Shown piece by piece: positions 41,606-52,152 of a DNA stretch of 64,000 bases. The position numbers and the translations under genes are program-made. Positions within the stretch are counted from its first letter, which is position 1. Each line of letters starts with the position of its first letter. Under the pieces are notes generated by a model. It worked only from the letters and a program-made list of their open reading frames with translations, did not search any database and was not told where the DNA came from. This DNA comes from an uncultured archaeon (GTDB lineage: Archaea; Thermoproteota; Bathyarchaeia; Bathyarchaeales; Bathycorpusculaceae), in the NCBI GenBank assembly GCA_963782915.1, contig CAWALK010000001.1, positions 160,001 through 224,000 on the forward strand, written 5' to 3'.

Positions 41606-42352
41606 TTGACTGAACCAGCCATAAAAATTAGCAACCTTACCAAAAAATTCGAGGACAAACTAGCACTCGACGACCTAACACTTGAAATCCAAAAAGGTGA
41701 ACTCTTTGGGTTACTGGGACCCAACGGCGCAGGCAAAACCACCGCCATAAGCATACTCTGCGGACTCATAAAGCCCACAAGCGGAACAGCCCAAATCAAC
41801 GGTTGTGACGTACAAAAAGATGTGCAGAAGGTTAAGGAGCAAATCGGCGTTTGCATCCAAGAAACCGCAATTTACCCATACCTAAACGGCAAAGAAAACC
41901 TAGAGTTATTCGGCAAACTCTACGGCATGGACGCTAAGGCAATCAAAGAAAGAAGCAAACTATTGTTAACCAAAGTAGGGCTCACTGAAGATGCAAAGAG
42001 ATTAACATCAAAATATAGCGGCGGCATGAAGCGCCGATTAAGCTTAGCCCTTGCGCTGATCCATGACCCGCAAATCGCCTTTTTGGATGAACCCACCGTT
42101 GCATTGGATCCGCAGTCTCGCCATGCAGTTTGGGACCTTATAAAAGAACAGAAAACCCGCGGCAAAACCATCATTCTCACAACCCATCACATGGAGGAAG
42201 CAGAGGAACTCTGCGACCGAGTCGGCATAATCGACCACGGAAAACTCATCGCTTTGGGCACCCCTAAAGAACTCATCGCTAAAAACCACGTCAAAAACCT
42301 TGAAGAAGTCTTCATCCAGTTGACCGGTAGAAACATGCGGGAGGAACTCTAA
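41606..42352 (+). CDS. ABC transporter ATP-binding protein (DrrA-like)
   Basis: GPNGAGKT, YSGGM, LDEPT, TTH. Confidence 0.95.
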   Translation: MTEPAIKISNLTKKFEDKLALDDLTLEIQKGELFGLLGPNGAGKTTAISILCGLIKPTSGTAQINGCDVQKDVQKVKEQIGVCIQETAIYPYLNGKENLELFGKLYGMDAKAIKERSKLLLTKVGLTEDAKRLTSKYSGGMKRRLSLALALIHDPQIAFLDEPTVALDPQSRHAVWDLIKEQKTRGKTIILTTHHMEEAEELCDRVGIIDHGKLIALGTPKELIAKNHVKNLEEVFIQLTGRNMREEL

Positions 42353-43507
42353 TGAACATTCAAAGAGTCTTCGCATTAACCAAGAAAGAACTCAAAAAAA
42401 CTGTTCGAGAACCCGCAGCTTTGTTCATGATTTTCCTGTTCCCAGTAGTGTTTGTGCTTGCGTTTGGCTTATCCTTTGGCGGCGTCGGCGGCGGTACACC
42501 GGCGAATTATCAGGTTGGCGTCGTCAACCTTGACGGGGGCAATCAGCAGTGGTCTACTGTTTTCATCGATAATTTGTCAGGAACACAAATAGTAACCATC
42601 AGCACCTACACTGACAACGCTACAGCGCAGGCTGATTTAAGCCAAGGCAAAATGCAGGCATTAATCCTGGTTCCCAGCAGTCTTTAGTGACAGCATAAAC
42701 AGTTACACCGCTTCACCCGCTGATGGAAGCCAATGGACTAACAGCACAATTCAAGTGTACTTAGACAAAGGCTCGTTGATTGCAACACAAGCGGTTCCGC
42801 CAATCATCCAGCAAGTACTCTCAGGAATAGTTAACCAAAACCAGCAAGCACCCCAAAGCCCAATACAGCTACAAACCGCCTCGCTCGAAGTAAAACAGAC
42901 ATCAACCTTCGACTACTTTGCACCCGGCATGTTCACGTTTGCATCGATCTTCATGATAATGATAGTTGCCCAATCTTTCGCTACCGACAGAGAAAACGGA
43001 ATGATGAAACGCATCCGCATAACCCCAATTACACCCTCAGAGTTCATGACAGCCCAAGTTGCTTCTTACTTAGTAATCGCCATAATCCAATCCATAATAA
43101 TGTTCGCAATGACCTATGGTTTAGGCTTTAAACCAAACATTGGCATACCCGACTATGCATTCGCCTTCATACTGGTACTGGTATTCTCGCTATCCAACAT
43201 AGGTTTTGGCTTAATCACTGCTACAATCGCAAAATCTTCAGGTGCCGCCACAGGGTTGAGTTTCCTGTTTCTGCTGCCTCAAATGTTCCTCGGTACATTT
43301 GTCGGTGCATCACTATCCGGTGCAGCACAGGTCGCTGGTAAAGCGGTTCCAAGCTACTACGTCACAGACGCCCTCACATCAGTGTTCCTCCGAGGCGCAA
43401 GCTTAGCAAGCGTAACGGTGCTATTGGATTTCGCAGTCGTATGCGCATCATGCATCGGCATCTTGGCAGTCGGCATAGTGCTCTACGCTAAATACTACAA
43501 AGTCTAA
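42352..43507 (+). CDS. ABC-2 type permease (frameshift near 42682)
   Basis: KELKK..REP, DRENG.MKR, multiple TMs. Confidence 0.9.
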
Positions 43508-43584
43508 ACCCACCCCTTTTTCTTCTTTTTTTGTGATTATCTTTAAGGGCACCTTTTTTCATATCCTTGGACGGCTGATTAGAT

Positions 43585-44211
43585 TTGACTGATGCTTGGC
43601 GAGAACCCTACCACGTAGTAATCGAAATCGAAAACAAAGAATGCAAAATGGTCGAAAAACTCGCATCACTCGGTTTTAAACATCTTAAAGTTGTAGATGT
43701 ACGAAGCTCCAGCACGGGTTCCGTACGCCACCTCATGGATGTAGGCGAAGACCAAGCCAAAAAAGTACCCAAAGAACTCTCAGCCCCCGGACATGTCGAA
43801 GGCAAATCCGCGGTTTGGCTGGAAAGCAAAGGCTGCGGCGTATGCAACACCATCCTTGGGCATGACGCTTTTCTGGTATCAGGCAAGAGCATGCAGGACA
43901 ACATCATATCCTACAGTTTCATGGTGCCCACCCACGATGCTTATCGGGGTATTATTGAGGATTTGGAGAAAGCGGGTTACAAGGTGAATGTGCGTAAGGT
44001 GGGTAAGTTTGAGCAGCAGATTGGGGTTTTAACTGAGAATCAGGAGCGGATTTTTTGGTTGGCGTTGAAGAGTGGGTTTTTTGATTATCCCAGGCAGGTT
44101 GGGTTGGCTGAGTTGTCTTCTAAGTTGGGGGTTAGTCCTGCGACGCTTTCGGAGATTATGCGGCGGGGTACAAGGCGGCTGCTTGAGCACTATTTTAAGC
44201 GTGAACTCTAA
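43585..44211 (+). CDS. Bat-like (HTH_10) transcriptional regulator
   Basis: LTENQ....LA...GFFDYPR...L.EL...LGVS..TLSE..RRG. Confidence 0.9.
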   Translation: MTDAWREPYHVVIEIENKECKMVEKLASLGFKHLKVVDVRSSSTGSVRHLMDVGEDQAKKVPKELSAPGHVEGKSAVWLESKGCGVCNTILGHDAFLVSGKSMQDNIISYSFMVPTHDAYRGIIEDLEKAGYKVNVRKVGKFEQQIGVLTENQERIFWLALKSGFFDYPRQVGLAELSSKLGVSPATLSEIMRRGTRRLLEHYFKREL

Positions 44212-44277
44212 TTCTCTATTTGGGCTATGTTGGAGACCCAACTTCTTTGTGTTTTATTCTACAATATTCTTAGCAAC

Positions 44278-44945
44278 TTAGAGTTCCGACTTCAACTCTG
44301 CATAAATTGAATCAGCAATTATCTGGGCACCATGGCCGTTTGGATGAACCCCATCCGTAAAATAGTCCGAGTGATCCAGTAGCGGCGTATTAGCGTCTAT
44401 GAGGTGTACGCCTGTCTGGTTAGCTACGGTTTGGATGCTGGGCAAAATAGTTTCTACGAGAATGCTGTTTTTCAGCGGTAGGGTGTTGTCGAAGATTGGT
44501 GGAGGCTGCACTATCCATATTTTTGGGTTGCTTGGGAGCGATTGGAATGCAGTTATCAGCGTAACATAATCCGAAATATACTCTGAAGCTGACTCGTTTA
44601 AGTCCTTGTTTGCATCGTTAGTGCCCAACATGATGATTACTATGGTTGGTTGGAATTCTTTGGCGAGGTTAAATGCGGAGGAGTTCATGTATGGGTTGCC
44701 CATGTTTATGGATACGGTTGTTCCGCCGACGCCGAAGTCTCCTATAACGTAGTCGGGTCCTAAGTGGCTCCAGAGGTCAAGGGTGTATTCGGTGCCTCTT
44801 GTTATGCTATCGCCAACACAAGCCACTCGAATGGGCACATTTGGTTGCGGTTTTAGGTGTTGATCTGAAGCACATATGCTTCTGCGCCTGCTAAAACGAT
44901 TAGAACAGCGATTGCAACAGACAGCAGCTTAATTGTGCGGTTCAT
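44278..44945 (-). CDS. SGNH/GDSL hydrolase, secreted (frameshift near 44865)
   Basis: GDSIT, G, LGTND, DGVHP; signal peptide lies in the adjacent frame from ATG 44945. Confidence 0.9.
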
Positions 44946-45091
44946 GACTCCTCAATGTAGTAGCTTTGCACTTTTAAGCATTAAAAAAGACAGCGCAAAA
45001 AGTACCTCTCCATCCATGATTCAAGTACCAGTTTTACGTAAATAACTTAATATCACCCGACTATGACTTAAAGCCAATAAAAACGTTAAAG

Positions 45092-45112
45092 ACTAAACAT
45101 TCTATGTTTAGT
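45092..45112. promoter_or_regulatory. Perfect inverted repeat ACTAAACAT-N3-ATGTTTAGT in a divergent promoter region
   Basis: 9-bp arms between the SGNH and beta-CASP genes. Confidence 0.5.
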
Positions 45113-45187
45113 TTGTCTTAAGGTTGGATTCATTTAACCGATTTTACCAAGACTATACGTTTCTAACAATAACGGACTGAACCATAC

Positions 45188-46444
45188 TTGAAAATTGAAG
45201 TGCTCGGAGGAGCTAGAGAAGTAGGAGGCTCCTGCATATCAGTCGAAACCGACTCCGCAAAGGTCGCGCTAGACTACGGTACAAAACTCGAAGAAGAAAT
45301 GAAAAAATTACCCAAAGATTTCGACGCCGTAGTAATCAGCCACGCCCACCTAGACCACACCGGCAGTCTCTTGAGCTTATGCAAAAATAACAGCCCAACA
45401 ATAATCGGCTCAGACATCACACGCGAAGTCACAGTAGACCTTCTCCATGACATGGTGAAAATCCAGAATGAGAAAGGCATCTTTGACTTCGACGACAGCA
45501 CCGCTGAAAAGGTTGGCGCATGCTGGTGGAACAGAGACTCAGTTGCTCTACCCGGCTTAAGCATAAAGTTGCAATCTGCCGGTCACGTTGCAGGCGCAAA
45601 AATCACCAGCATAGAATCAGAAAATAAAAGAATCCTCTACACAGGCGACATCTGCATGCACGACACCGAAATCCTGCAGGGCTGCCGACTTGAAACACTC
45701 CCCAAAAAACCGGACGTACTAATCACTGAATCAACTTATGGCGGCAAAGTCAGGTTACCCAGAGAGGAACTGGTTAACCAATTCATGCAGCAACTCCACG
45801 TTACCATGAAACGGGGCGGAAACGTCTTGATTCCCACCTTTGCCTTCCACCGTAGCCAAGAAATGGCCAAGCGAATCGACAGTGCCATGCAAGCCGGAAT
45901 ACTGCCACGCTACAACGTGTACACAATCTCCAATTTAGCCCACAGAATAAACGGCTACTTCAACAAAAACAAATTCCTATTCACAAAAGAAATCAAAGCG
46001 CAAAAGCAACCCTTTACATACCGCTACGTCAGGCACCTCTACAGAACCCAACAGATAGAATCACCCGCCATCGTCATCTGCACCTCAGGATTTGGCCACG
46101 CAGGCGCAAGCTTACGACTACTCACAGAGTGGGCAGAAAACAAAGACAACTCCATAATCTTAACCTCAGGATACCTCCCACCAGACAGCCCCCTAAAACA
46201 GGCCAAAGAGGAACACTTCTTCAAAACAGATGAAGGCTCCTTCGAGGTCAACGCCGAAGTAAAACAGATCGAACTCTCAGGACACGCCGACCAAACTGAA
46301 CTGGTCCAGATGGTGAGCAAACTAAAGCCAAAACGTACAGTGCTCGTCCACGGCGACCTCGAACAGGCAGAACTGCTTTCCGAGAAAATCGGCGAAATGA
46401 CCGATGTGTGCATCCCAGAAAGGGATGACGTAATAGACGTTTAA
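45188..46444 (+). CDS. MBL-fold beta-CASP ribonuclease (aCPSF2-like)
   Basis: GGAREVG.SC, HAHLDH, GH, YTGD, ESTYG, SGHAD, VHG. Confidence 0.9.
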   Translation: MKIEVLGGAREVGGSCISVETDSAKVALDYGTKLEEEMKKLPKDFDAVVISHAHLDHTGSLLSLCKNNSPTIIGSDITREVTVDLLHDMVKIQNEKGIFDFDDSTAEKVGACWWNRDSVALPGLSIKLQSAGHVAGAKITSIESENKRILYTGDICMHDTEILQGCRLETLPKKPDVLITESTYGGKVRLPREELVNQFMQQLHVTMKRGGNVLIPTFAFHRSQEMAKRIDSAMQAGILPRYNVYTISNLAHRINGYFNKNKFLFTKEIKAQKQPFTYRYVRHLYRTQQIESPAIVICTSGFGHAGASLRLLTEWAENKDNSIILTSGYLPPDSPLKQAKEEHFFKTDEGSFEVNAEVKQIELSGHADQTELVQMVSKLKPKRTVLVHGDLEQAELLSEKIGEMTDVCIPERDDVIDV

Positions 46445-46523
46445 GGCCCTGAGTGCCTGTCTATTTTCCTTTTTCCGTACTAAACACGGCATAGTATGGG
46501 GTTTGTTAATTTTTGTTCACCTT

Positions 46524-46540
46524 TGCGAAGTAGACTTAAC
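46524..46540. promoter_or_regulatory. Putative operator TGCGAAGTAGACTTAAC (copy 2)
   Basis: Identical to 5867-5883. Confidence 0.45.
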
Positions 46541-46656
46541 CAAGTTTGCCCTCTCCACTTTGCAAGTTTGCGAAGCCCTGAATGCTAAATAGCGAATTTT
46601 GCTTTCTAAAAACCGTTAACTATCCAGTTGTTAGCGTTAACTAATGTGAGACCCAG

Positions 46657-46893
46657 ATGACTCAAGAAAAACCAGTAACTATGCAATCAAAAGCTAACAA
46701 GAAAATGCCAGTCTTCACCTGTTCATGTGGCGCAAAGATACTGATTGTTCCCGATTTACGTGAGATGACTAAAGCGATAAAAGCTCATGAACTCGAACAT
46801 AGAATGTTAACTGGCAAGCATATGTCAGAAGATGCGATAGCGGAGCAGATCATTATGGTTTTAGGTGAGCATTTCAGGGGATCCGTTGCCTAG
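46657..46893 (+). CDS. Small C2H2-like zinc-binding hypothetical protein
   Basis: CSCG.KILIVPDL.EM..AI..H...H. Confidence 0.65.
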   Translation: MTQEKPVTMQSKANKKMPVFTCSCGAKILIVPDLREMTKAIKAHELEHRMLTGKHMSEDAIAEQIIMVLGEHFRGSVA

Positions 46894-46902
46894 TTTTTGT
46901 GT

Positions 46903-48174
46903 TTACCCTTTTTTGTATCTTAAAAGCGCTGCAAAGCCTCCCAGCGCCGTTAACTGGTCTTTTTCTTTTGAAGCAGACGAAATCACTTCAACAGCCGAAT
47001 CTTTTTGCGCTGCCAAATCCTCAAGGGCATCCACAATATCCCTCTCTCTAAACTCATAGGAGACGGCACCGCATTTTTCGCATGGCACCTTCGTCATTTC
47101 CTCTGCGGCTTTAGCTTTCGATTGGGTGATGGCTTTTTTTGGGTAGCCACAGTTTCTGCATACCGCAACTACCTCAACCACATCTGTGTCATCCGTTACC
47201 AGTGCGACTTGCACTTCTCCTCGGCTTAGCGCATCTAAAACAGAGTCTAAACCATACGTAGCTAAACCATTCTGTTTAGCCAACTCCACTGAGAGTCGCT
47301 CGATGAGTTTTTTCTCTTCAGGCCCACACATATTACTCAATAACTCGGTTGATTTGGCGTAAATCTCTCTAAGCGCCGCCTTATCTGCCGATTGAGTATC
47401 GACGACGTTTAGAAGCATGTTACTTAACTCGTAATGCAGGAATTCGCCCTTCAGAAAATCATTCTTTGTTTGCCCCGGGCCACCCGCTATCAAAACGTTA
47501 ACGTGGTTTTCAAGAAAAGCCTTGGCTGCGTGTTCTGCGATTCTGTGGAAGAAGTAGGTGAGTTCCATGTCGCGTTCTCTCTCATATCGCCTCTGGCTTT
47601 GACCGCCCTTCCCCGTTTTCCCAGGAACCCCCGAGGAGATGGTTTCGATTGATTCTACCTGTTCGCCCCTGAGGAGCCCAAAGCTTGCCTGTTTAGCGTC
47701 TAGGGCGAGGACGCCGACGATTTTCGGGTCTCTTAGCATCTCTCTTAGCGGTTCTAAATGGAAATGGTCATCTGCAAAGTAGCGGTAAGCCGTGATTGGT
47801 TCGGGTGGGATTAACTCCTCAACTCCTAATGACTCTTTTTCTGTTCCCTCAGCGGCGTAGGTTCCGGCGAACAGGGCTAATCCATTCTCTGAGATTTCCT
47901 TGTGCTGCTTAAGTTGCTGTACTACAATTTTTAAGGTATCTTGAAGCTGTTGCTTTTCCCTCTCAGATTCTGAGGTGGCACATTCAGATTCCTTCTTTAT
48001 TGCGGCGATTACTTGCTCCAGTGCCGTTTTTGGTTGCAGGTATAGTGAGATGAAATCTTTGGTTTTGCTTTCCTTGTCTGAGAGGTATGCTATGCGTTTG
48101 CGGAGTTTATGCTGCTTAACGGAGTGGGTGGATGCTATTTGACATGAATAAAAACGGGTATTTTCGGTTGTCAA
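46903..48174 (-). CDS. Peptide chain release factor aRF1 paralog (GGQ intact, NIKS absent)
   Basis: ISLY, NGLALF, PPEPI, VPGK.GKGGQSQRRYER, GPG.TK, zinc-ribbon insert, LGGFAALLRY. Confidence 0.88.
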   Translation of the reverse strand: MTTENTRFYSCQIASTHSVKQHKLRKRIAYLSDKESKTKDFISLYLQPKTALEQVIAAIKKESECATSESEREKQQLQDTLKIVVQQLKQHKEISENGLALFAGTYAAEGTEKESLGVEELIPPEPITAYRYFADDHFHLEPLREMLRDPKIVGVLALDAKQASFGLLRGEQVESIETISSGVPGKTGKGGQSQRRYERERDMELTYFFHRIAEHAAKAFLENHVNVLIAGGPGQTKNDFLKGEFLHYELSNMLLNVVDTQSADKAALREIYAKSTELLSNMCGPEEKKLIERLSVELAKQNGLATYGLDSVLDALSRGEVQVALVTDDTDVVEVVAVCRNCGYPKKAITQSKAKAAEEMTKVPCEKCGAVSYEFRERDIVDALEDLAAQKDSAVEVISSASKEKDQLTALGGFAALLRYKKG

Positions 48175-48198
48175 AAATTTTCACCAAAATTAGTTTTA

Positions 48199-48284
48199 TG
48201 GTTCAGGCGGTTGATTCGAACCTACGAACCTCTGCAGGATAGGTCCTGAAGCCTACGCCTTTGACCTGGCTCGGCGACCCCTGC
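48199..48284 (-). pseudogene. Degenerate tRNA-Leu-like element
   Basis: Intact 5' half GCAGGGGTCGCCGAGCCAGGTCAAAGGCG, long variable arm, TTCGAAT, ends in ACCA; anticodon arm one nt short; 3' strands of T stem and acceptor mismatched. Confidence 0.75.
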
Positions 48285-48411
48285 ACACATCGTTTGCTCT
48301 ATTAAAAATAATTCAGACTGATAAATATATGCCGTTTAGCATTCGGTATCTTCTCGGTTATTAAAGCTTAAATCGCTATCTCGCCAGCTATAATGGTAAG
48401 GATGCATTGTT

Positions 48412-49011
48412 ATGGCTCTTGGCTGGAAGGATTGGAGTAAAAAAGACTTAATCTACGGCATAATTGTACCCGTCATCGTTGTTTTAGTAATCGTGGGTTT
48501 CTCAAAAATCCCCTCACTCGTCGGTTACACCTCCGATAGTGCTGGATTAGTAATCGGCATAACCATGATGCTCCTCGAGTTAACGCTTATCGTCGTGGTT
48601 CCGTTGATGCTTGGGTTAATCTGGAACAGCTGGGCAGGCGGCGCATCAGGCTTCATAATGGGTGCTTTCTATGCCCAGTACTGGTCCAGCAGCTTCCATG
48701 GCATCGCCGGTTCAGGCACAGTCCTAATCGCCTACATCTTAAGTGCAATGCTAATCGGTTACATGGCTGGCGCATTGAATAAGCGCTCGGAGGACTTCCG
48801 CAGAATGCTCATCTCAGGCGTAATCGCAACAACAATCGGCGGTATAATGCTCTTTGGCATCTTTCAGCTCTCAACAGCCAACGTGGTAACTGGTATAGAT
48901 GGGTTGGCATTGACACTGCTGCCACGGATAGCCTGCGGAGCAATAATTGCTGCTATCGCGAAGGTGTTCCACTGGTACGGAATGGGCATTAAAGAAAAAA
49001 CAAATCAATAA
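48412..49011 (+). CDS. Hypothetical membrane protein (about 6 TM, ECF S-component-like)
   Basis: Hydrophobicity pattern; GL.W..WAGG..GF..G. Confidence 0.65.
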   Translation: MALGWKDWSKKDLIYGIIVPVIVVLVIVGFSKIPSLVGYTSDSAGLVIGITMMLLELTLIVVVPLMLGLIWNSWAGGASGFIMGAFYAQYWSSSFHGIAGSGTVLIAYILSAMLIGYMAGALNKRSEDFRRMLISGVIATTIGGIMLFGIFQLSTANVVTGIDGLALTLLPRIACGAIIAAIAKVFHWYGMGIKEKTNQ

Positions 49012-49043
49012 CTTTCTTTTCTTAATTACTGAGGCGACTTGAG

Positions 49044-49205
49044 ATGGGTCACCCTGTTTGTGAAAGAAAAAAGTGCATAAACTGGAAAAAGGGGCAATGT
49101 TCCCTACTTGACCCTGAAAGGGCTGGAGAAGACTGCCTCGATTTCGAGGACGCAATGGATTTTCTGCGACTAAAAGCAGACGCAATAAGGGGAACCTTAG
49201 GCTAA
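49044..49205 (+). CDS. Small 4-Cys protein (53 aa, not in ORF track)
   Basis: MGHPVCERKKCINWKKGQCSLLDPERAGEDCLDFEDAMDFLRLKADAIRGTLG*; GAGG upstream. Confidence 0.55.
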   Translation: MGHPVCERKKCINWKKGQCSLLDPERAGEDCLDFEDAMDFLRLKADAIRGTLG

Positions 49206-49605
49206 ACTGTCTAAGAGTTCCTGTACTCTTCGTTCGATGTCATCCCTGATTTCCCGTACTTTCTCGACTGGTTTGCCTTTGGGGTCTTCAAGCGCCCAAT
49301 CCACCACTGGTACAAAAAACGGGCCGGGACAAATACCCTGAGCACTGCAACCCATGGTAACCACCAAATCCGCATCCGCTCGCCATCTTGGCAGTAATCA
49401 ACTTGGGTTTATTTGCGGAAATGTCGATGCCCCGCTCTTTCATAGCTTCAACCACGACGGGGTTAACTGTTTCTGCGGGTTTGTTGCCAGCGCTGGATGC
49501 ATTGATTTTGCCTTCTCCGTATTTTTTGGCAAACGCTTCGGCCATCTGGCTTCTGCCAGCATTTTCTATGCAGACAAAAAGGATTTTCTTCAATATAATC
49601 GCCAT
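49197..49605 (-). CDS. arsC: Arsenate reductase ArsC (LMW-PTP fold; frameshift near 49380)
   Basis: FVCIENAGRSQMAE, TMGC...CP, DWALEDPKG..VREIRDDI. Confidence 0.9.
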
Positions 49606-49606
49606 A

Positions 49607-49892
49607 TTACTCTTTTGTTTTTTTAAGTTTATCAATTATTGTCTGCGTTTGCTCTTCGTCTGGATGCGATATGGCTCCTGCTGGGCAGATGTCTTCGCAT
49701 CCTCTGCAGAATACGACACATCGGTTGGGGTTGACTATGGTTTTTTTCTTGCCGTCGATAGTTTCTGTTTTGAAGGCTTTCATGTGACAGAATTCTACGC
49801 ATTTGCCGCATGTTGTGCATTTGGTGTAGTCTATTTTTGGGTCCCAGGGAATTTTGCTGCGGGGGATTCCTTGGTATTCTTTTTCTGACCAT
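49607..49892 (-). CDS. 4Fe-4S dicluster ferredoxin (extra G right after the ATG)
   Basis: Shifted frame reads SEKEYQGIPRSKIPWDPKIDYTKCTTCGKCVEFC...CVVFCRGCEDICPAGAI. Confidence 0.85.
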
Positions 49893-49929
49893 TGGGGTTT
49901 CTCCTCTTATCGTTGTTTAATAATTAAAA

Positions 49930-49955
49930 TATAACAACTTTTAAATATTGTTATA
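49930..49955. promoter_or_regulatory. Putative ArsR operator TATAACAA-N10-TTGTTATA enclosing a TATA box
   Basis: 8-bp perfect inverted repeat around TTTTAAATA, between the divergent ars transcription units. Confidence 0.65.
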
Positions 49956-49970
49956 GATAATCTGGGTTAC

Positions 49971-50298
49971 ATGCCCAATAACCCGGAAAACAGCAACCGA
50001 TTCAAATCAACAGTTTTCCACGCCCTCTCCGACCCAATACGACTCGAAATAGTATCCTACTTACGCGACGGCGAAAAATGCGTCTGCGAAATCGTCCCCC
50101 ACCTCAACCTAATCCAGCCACTCGTCTCTCGCCACCTAAAAATCCTAAAGGACGCAGGAATAGTACAGATGCCGAAAAGACGGAACCAAACGCATGTACT
50201 CCATCGTTGACCAAAAAATATTCAAAATCATTGATGCATTAACCCCTGAACTGGTCGGTGCCCTTACAAAAGAGGCTTACCAAAACGCATTCTGCTAG
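49971..50298 (+). CDS. arsR: ArsR/SmtB repressor (frameshift near 50167)
   Basis: FHALSDPIRLEI, EKCVCEI, SRHLKILK.AG. Confidence 0.9.
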
Positions 50299-50310
50299 GC
50301 GAAGTGTATC

Positions 50311-51387
50311 TTGGAAACAAAACAAGAGCACGTAAAGAAAGAATTATCCTTAGGACTTTGGGAAAAGTACCTGACCGTCTGGATAGCAATCTGCATAGTT
50401 GTCGGTTTACTCGTTGGAAGATTTATTCCTGAATTTGGGCATTTTATGGATTCATTAAAGTATGCCCAATTATCCATACCGATTGGCATATTGCTTTTCT
50501 TCATGATGTATCCAACAGTGGTCGGAATACAGTTTGGCGACGTAAAAAAAGCGGTTAAAAATCCTAAACCCCTTATTGTAACTGTAATTGCTAACTGGCT
50601 AATTGCTCCGCCGCTCATGACGCTTTTGGCAAACGTCTTTTTCCCTGGAAACCCACAATTCATGGCAGGTCTAATCCTTCTGGGCTTGTCCCCTTGTACA
50701 GCGATGGTTATGTGGTGGATGTTTCTTGCCCGAGGCGACATGGCACAAGGACTCATTAACACAGCCGTCAACGCTTTGCTCATGCTTGCGCTCTATGCGC
50801 CTTTGGCAGCCATCTACTTGGGCGTAAGCAGCATACCTGTTCCATGGGACTTAATCGCCATCAGTGTTCTTGTGTTCATTGCACTTCCAGTTGGAGCAGG
50901 GGCGTTGTCTCGGCGGATAGTTATAAAAAAGAAAGGGGTTGAATGGTTCAAAGACAAATTCAATCCAGTGGTGGGCAAAATCTCCATCGTTGCACTGTTG
51001 TTGACTTTGATTGTGCTGTTCTCGTTTGAGGGGCAAACAATCCTCAATAACCCGCTTCTGGTCGGCTACCTTGCAGTACCCCTCCTGATACACTACGCCA
51101 TAATGATAGCATGGACCTATCCCCTCGGCTACTTCTTAGGCTGGAAATACGAGAGCGCCATCGACACAACCATCATCGGTGCCAGCAGCCATTTTGAAGT
51201 AGCCATTGCAGTAGCAGTCACACTCTTTGGCATAGGGTCGGGTGCAGCATTAGCTACAGTTATTGGTCCACTCTTAGAGGTGCCGCTTATGCTATTGCTG
51301 GTAAAGCTTGGTTTACGCACAAGAAAGCACTTCCCAAGAAAGAAAAAGGGCACCATAACAAATCAGAATAATGAGGAAGCAAAATGA
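50311..51387 (+). CDS. acr3: ACR3-family arsenite efflux transporter
   Basis: [41 protein letters not shown]. Confidence 0.95.
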   Translation: METKQEHVKKELSLGLWEKYLTVWIAICIVVGLLVGRFIPEFGHFMDSLKYAQLSIPIGILLFFMMYPTVVGIQFGDVKKAVKNPKPLIVTVIANWLIAPPLMTLLANVFFPGNPQFMAGLILLGLSPCTAMVMWWMFLARGDMAQGLINTAVNALLMLALYAPLAAIYLGVSSIPVPWDLIAISVLVFIALPVGAGALSRRIVIKKKGVEWFKDKFNPVVGKISIVALLLTLIVLFSFEGQTILNNPLLVGYLAVPLLIHYAIMIAWTYPLGYFLGWKYESAIDTTIIGASSHFEVAIAVAVTLFGIGSGAALATVIGPLLEVPLMLLLVKLGLRTRKHFPRKKKGTITNQNNEEAK

Positions 51388-52145
51388 AAAACACAAATGA
51401 TGAAGTAAAGAAAACAGTCAAAAAAGCATACTCCAAAATAGCCACCAACAGCAACTCCTGCTGCTGTCAATGCGGCTGCGGAACCCTCGATGAGAAAACC
51501 AAAAAGAAAGTATCCAAAAGCATAGGGTACTCCGAAGAAGAAATCAACGCCGTCCCCGAAGCTAACCTTGGGCTTGGCTGCGGCAACCCCACCGCTTTTA
51601 GCAGCATCAAAGAAGGCAACACGGTGCTTGATCTTGGAAGCGGCGCAGGTTTTGACTGTTTCTTAGCCTCCAAAAAAGTGGGCAAAACAGGCAAAGTCAT
51701 CGGCTTAGACATGACCGAGGAAATGATAGCTAAAGCCAGAAGCCTCGCCAAAGAACACGGCTACACAAACGTTGAATTCAGGTTAGGTGACATCGAAAAG
51801 ATGCCCCTTGAGGATGGCTCCGTTGATGTCATCATCAGTAACTGCGTCATCAACCTCGCACCAAACAAGTCCGCTGTCTTCAAAGAAGCCTACCGCGTGC
51901 TCAAGAGCGGCGGCAAAATGTATGTCTCAGACATAGTTTTGCTTGGGAAGCTAACAGAGGAGCAATTGAATGATGAGGACCTGCTTTCCGGCTGTGTTGC
52001 TGGTGCCCTGCAAAAAGACGACTACATCGGCAAGATAGAGCAGGCAGGCTTTAAAGTCAACATTCTGGGCGAGGATAAGGAAATCAGCAAAACCCAGTAC
52101 AGTGGGTTAGCGCTTGAGAGCATAAAAATCGAGGCTCAAAAATAG
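51384..52145 (+). CDS. arsM: Arsenite S-adenosylmethyltransferase
   Basis: N-terminal Cys cluster, [30 protein letters not shown]. Confidence 0.93.
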   Translation: MKNTNDEVKKTVKKAYSKIATNSNSCCCQCGCGTLDEKTKKKVSKSIGYSEEEINAVPEANLGLGCGNPTAFSSIKEGNTVLDLGSGAGFDCFLASKKVGKTGKVIGLDMTEEMIAKARSLAKEHGYTNVEFRLGDIEKMPLEDGSVDVIISNCVINLAPNKSAVFKEAYRVLKSGGKMYVSDIVLLGKLTEEQLNDEDLLSGCVAGALQKDDYIGKIEQAGFKVNILGEDKEISKTQYSGLALESIKIEAQK

Positions 52146-52152
52146 AGGGATA

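Noticed and set aside
48199-48284. Frameshift-suppressor or Sec/UGA-decoding tRNA explaining the many +1 frameshifts
   Set aside because: Acceptor and T stems are broken, and the frameshift sites share no common codon
49632-49892. 86-aa Arg-rich ORF from the ORF track
   Set aside because: Wrong frame; the real product is the ferredoxin in the shifted frame
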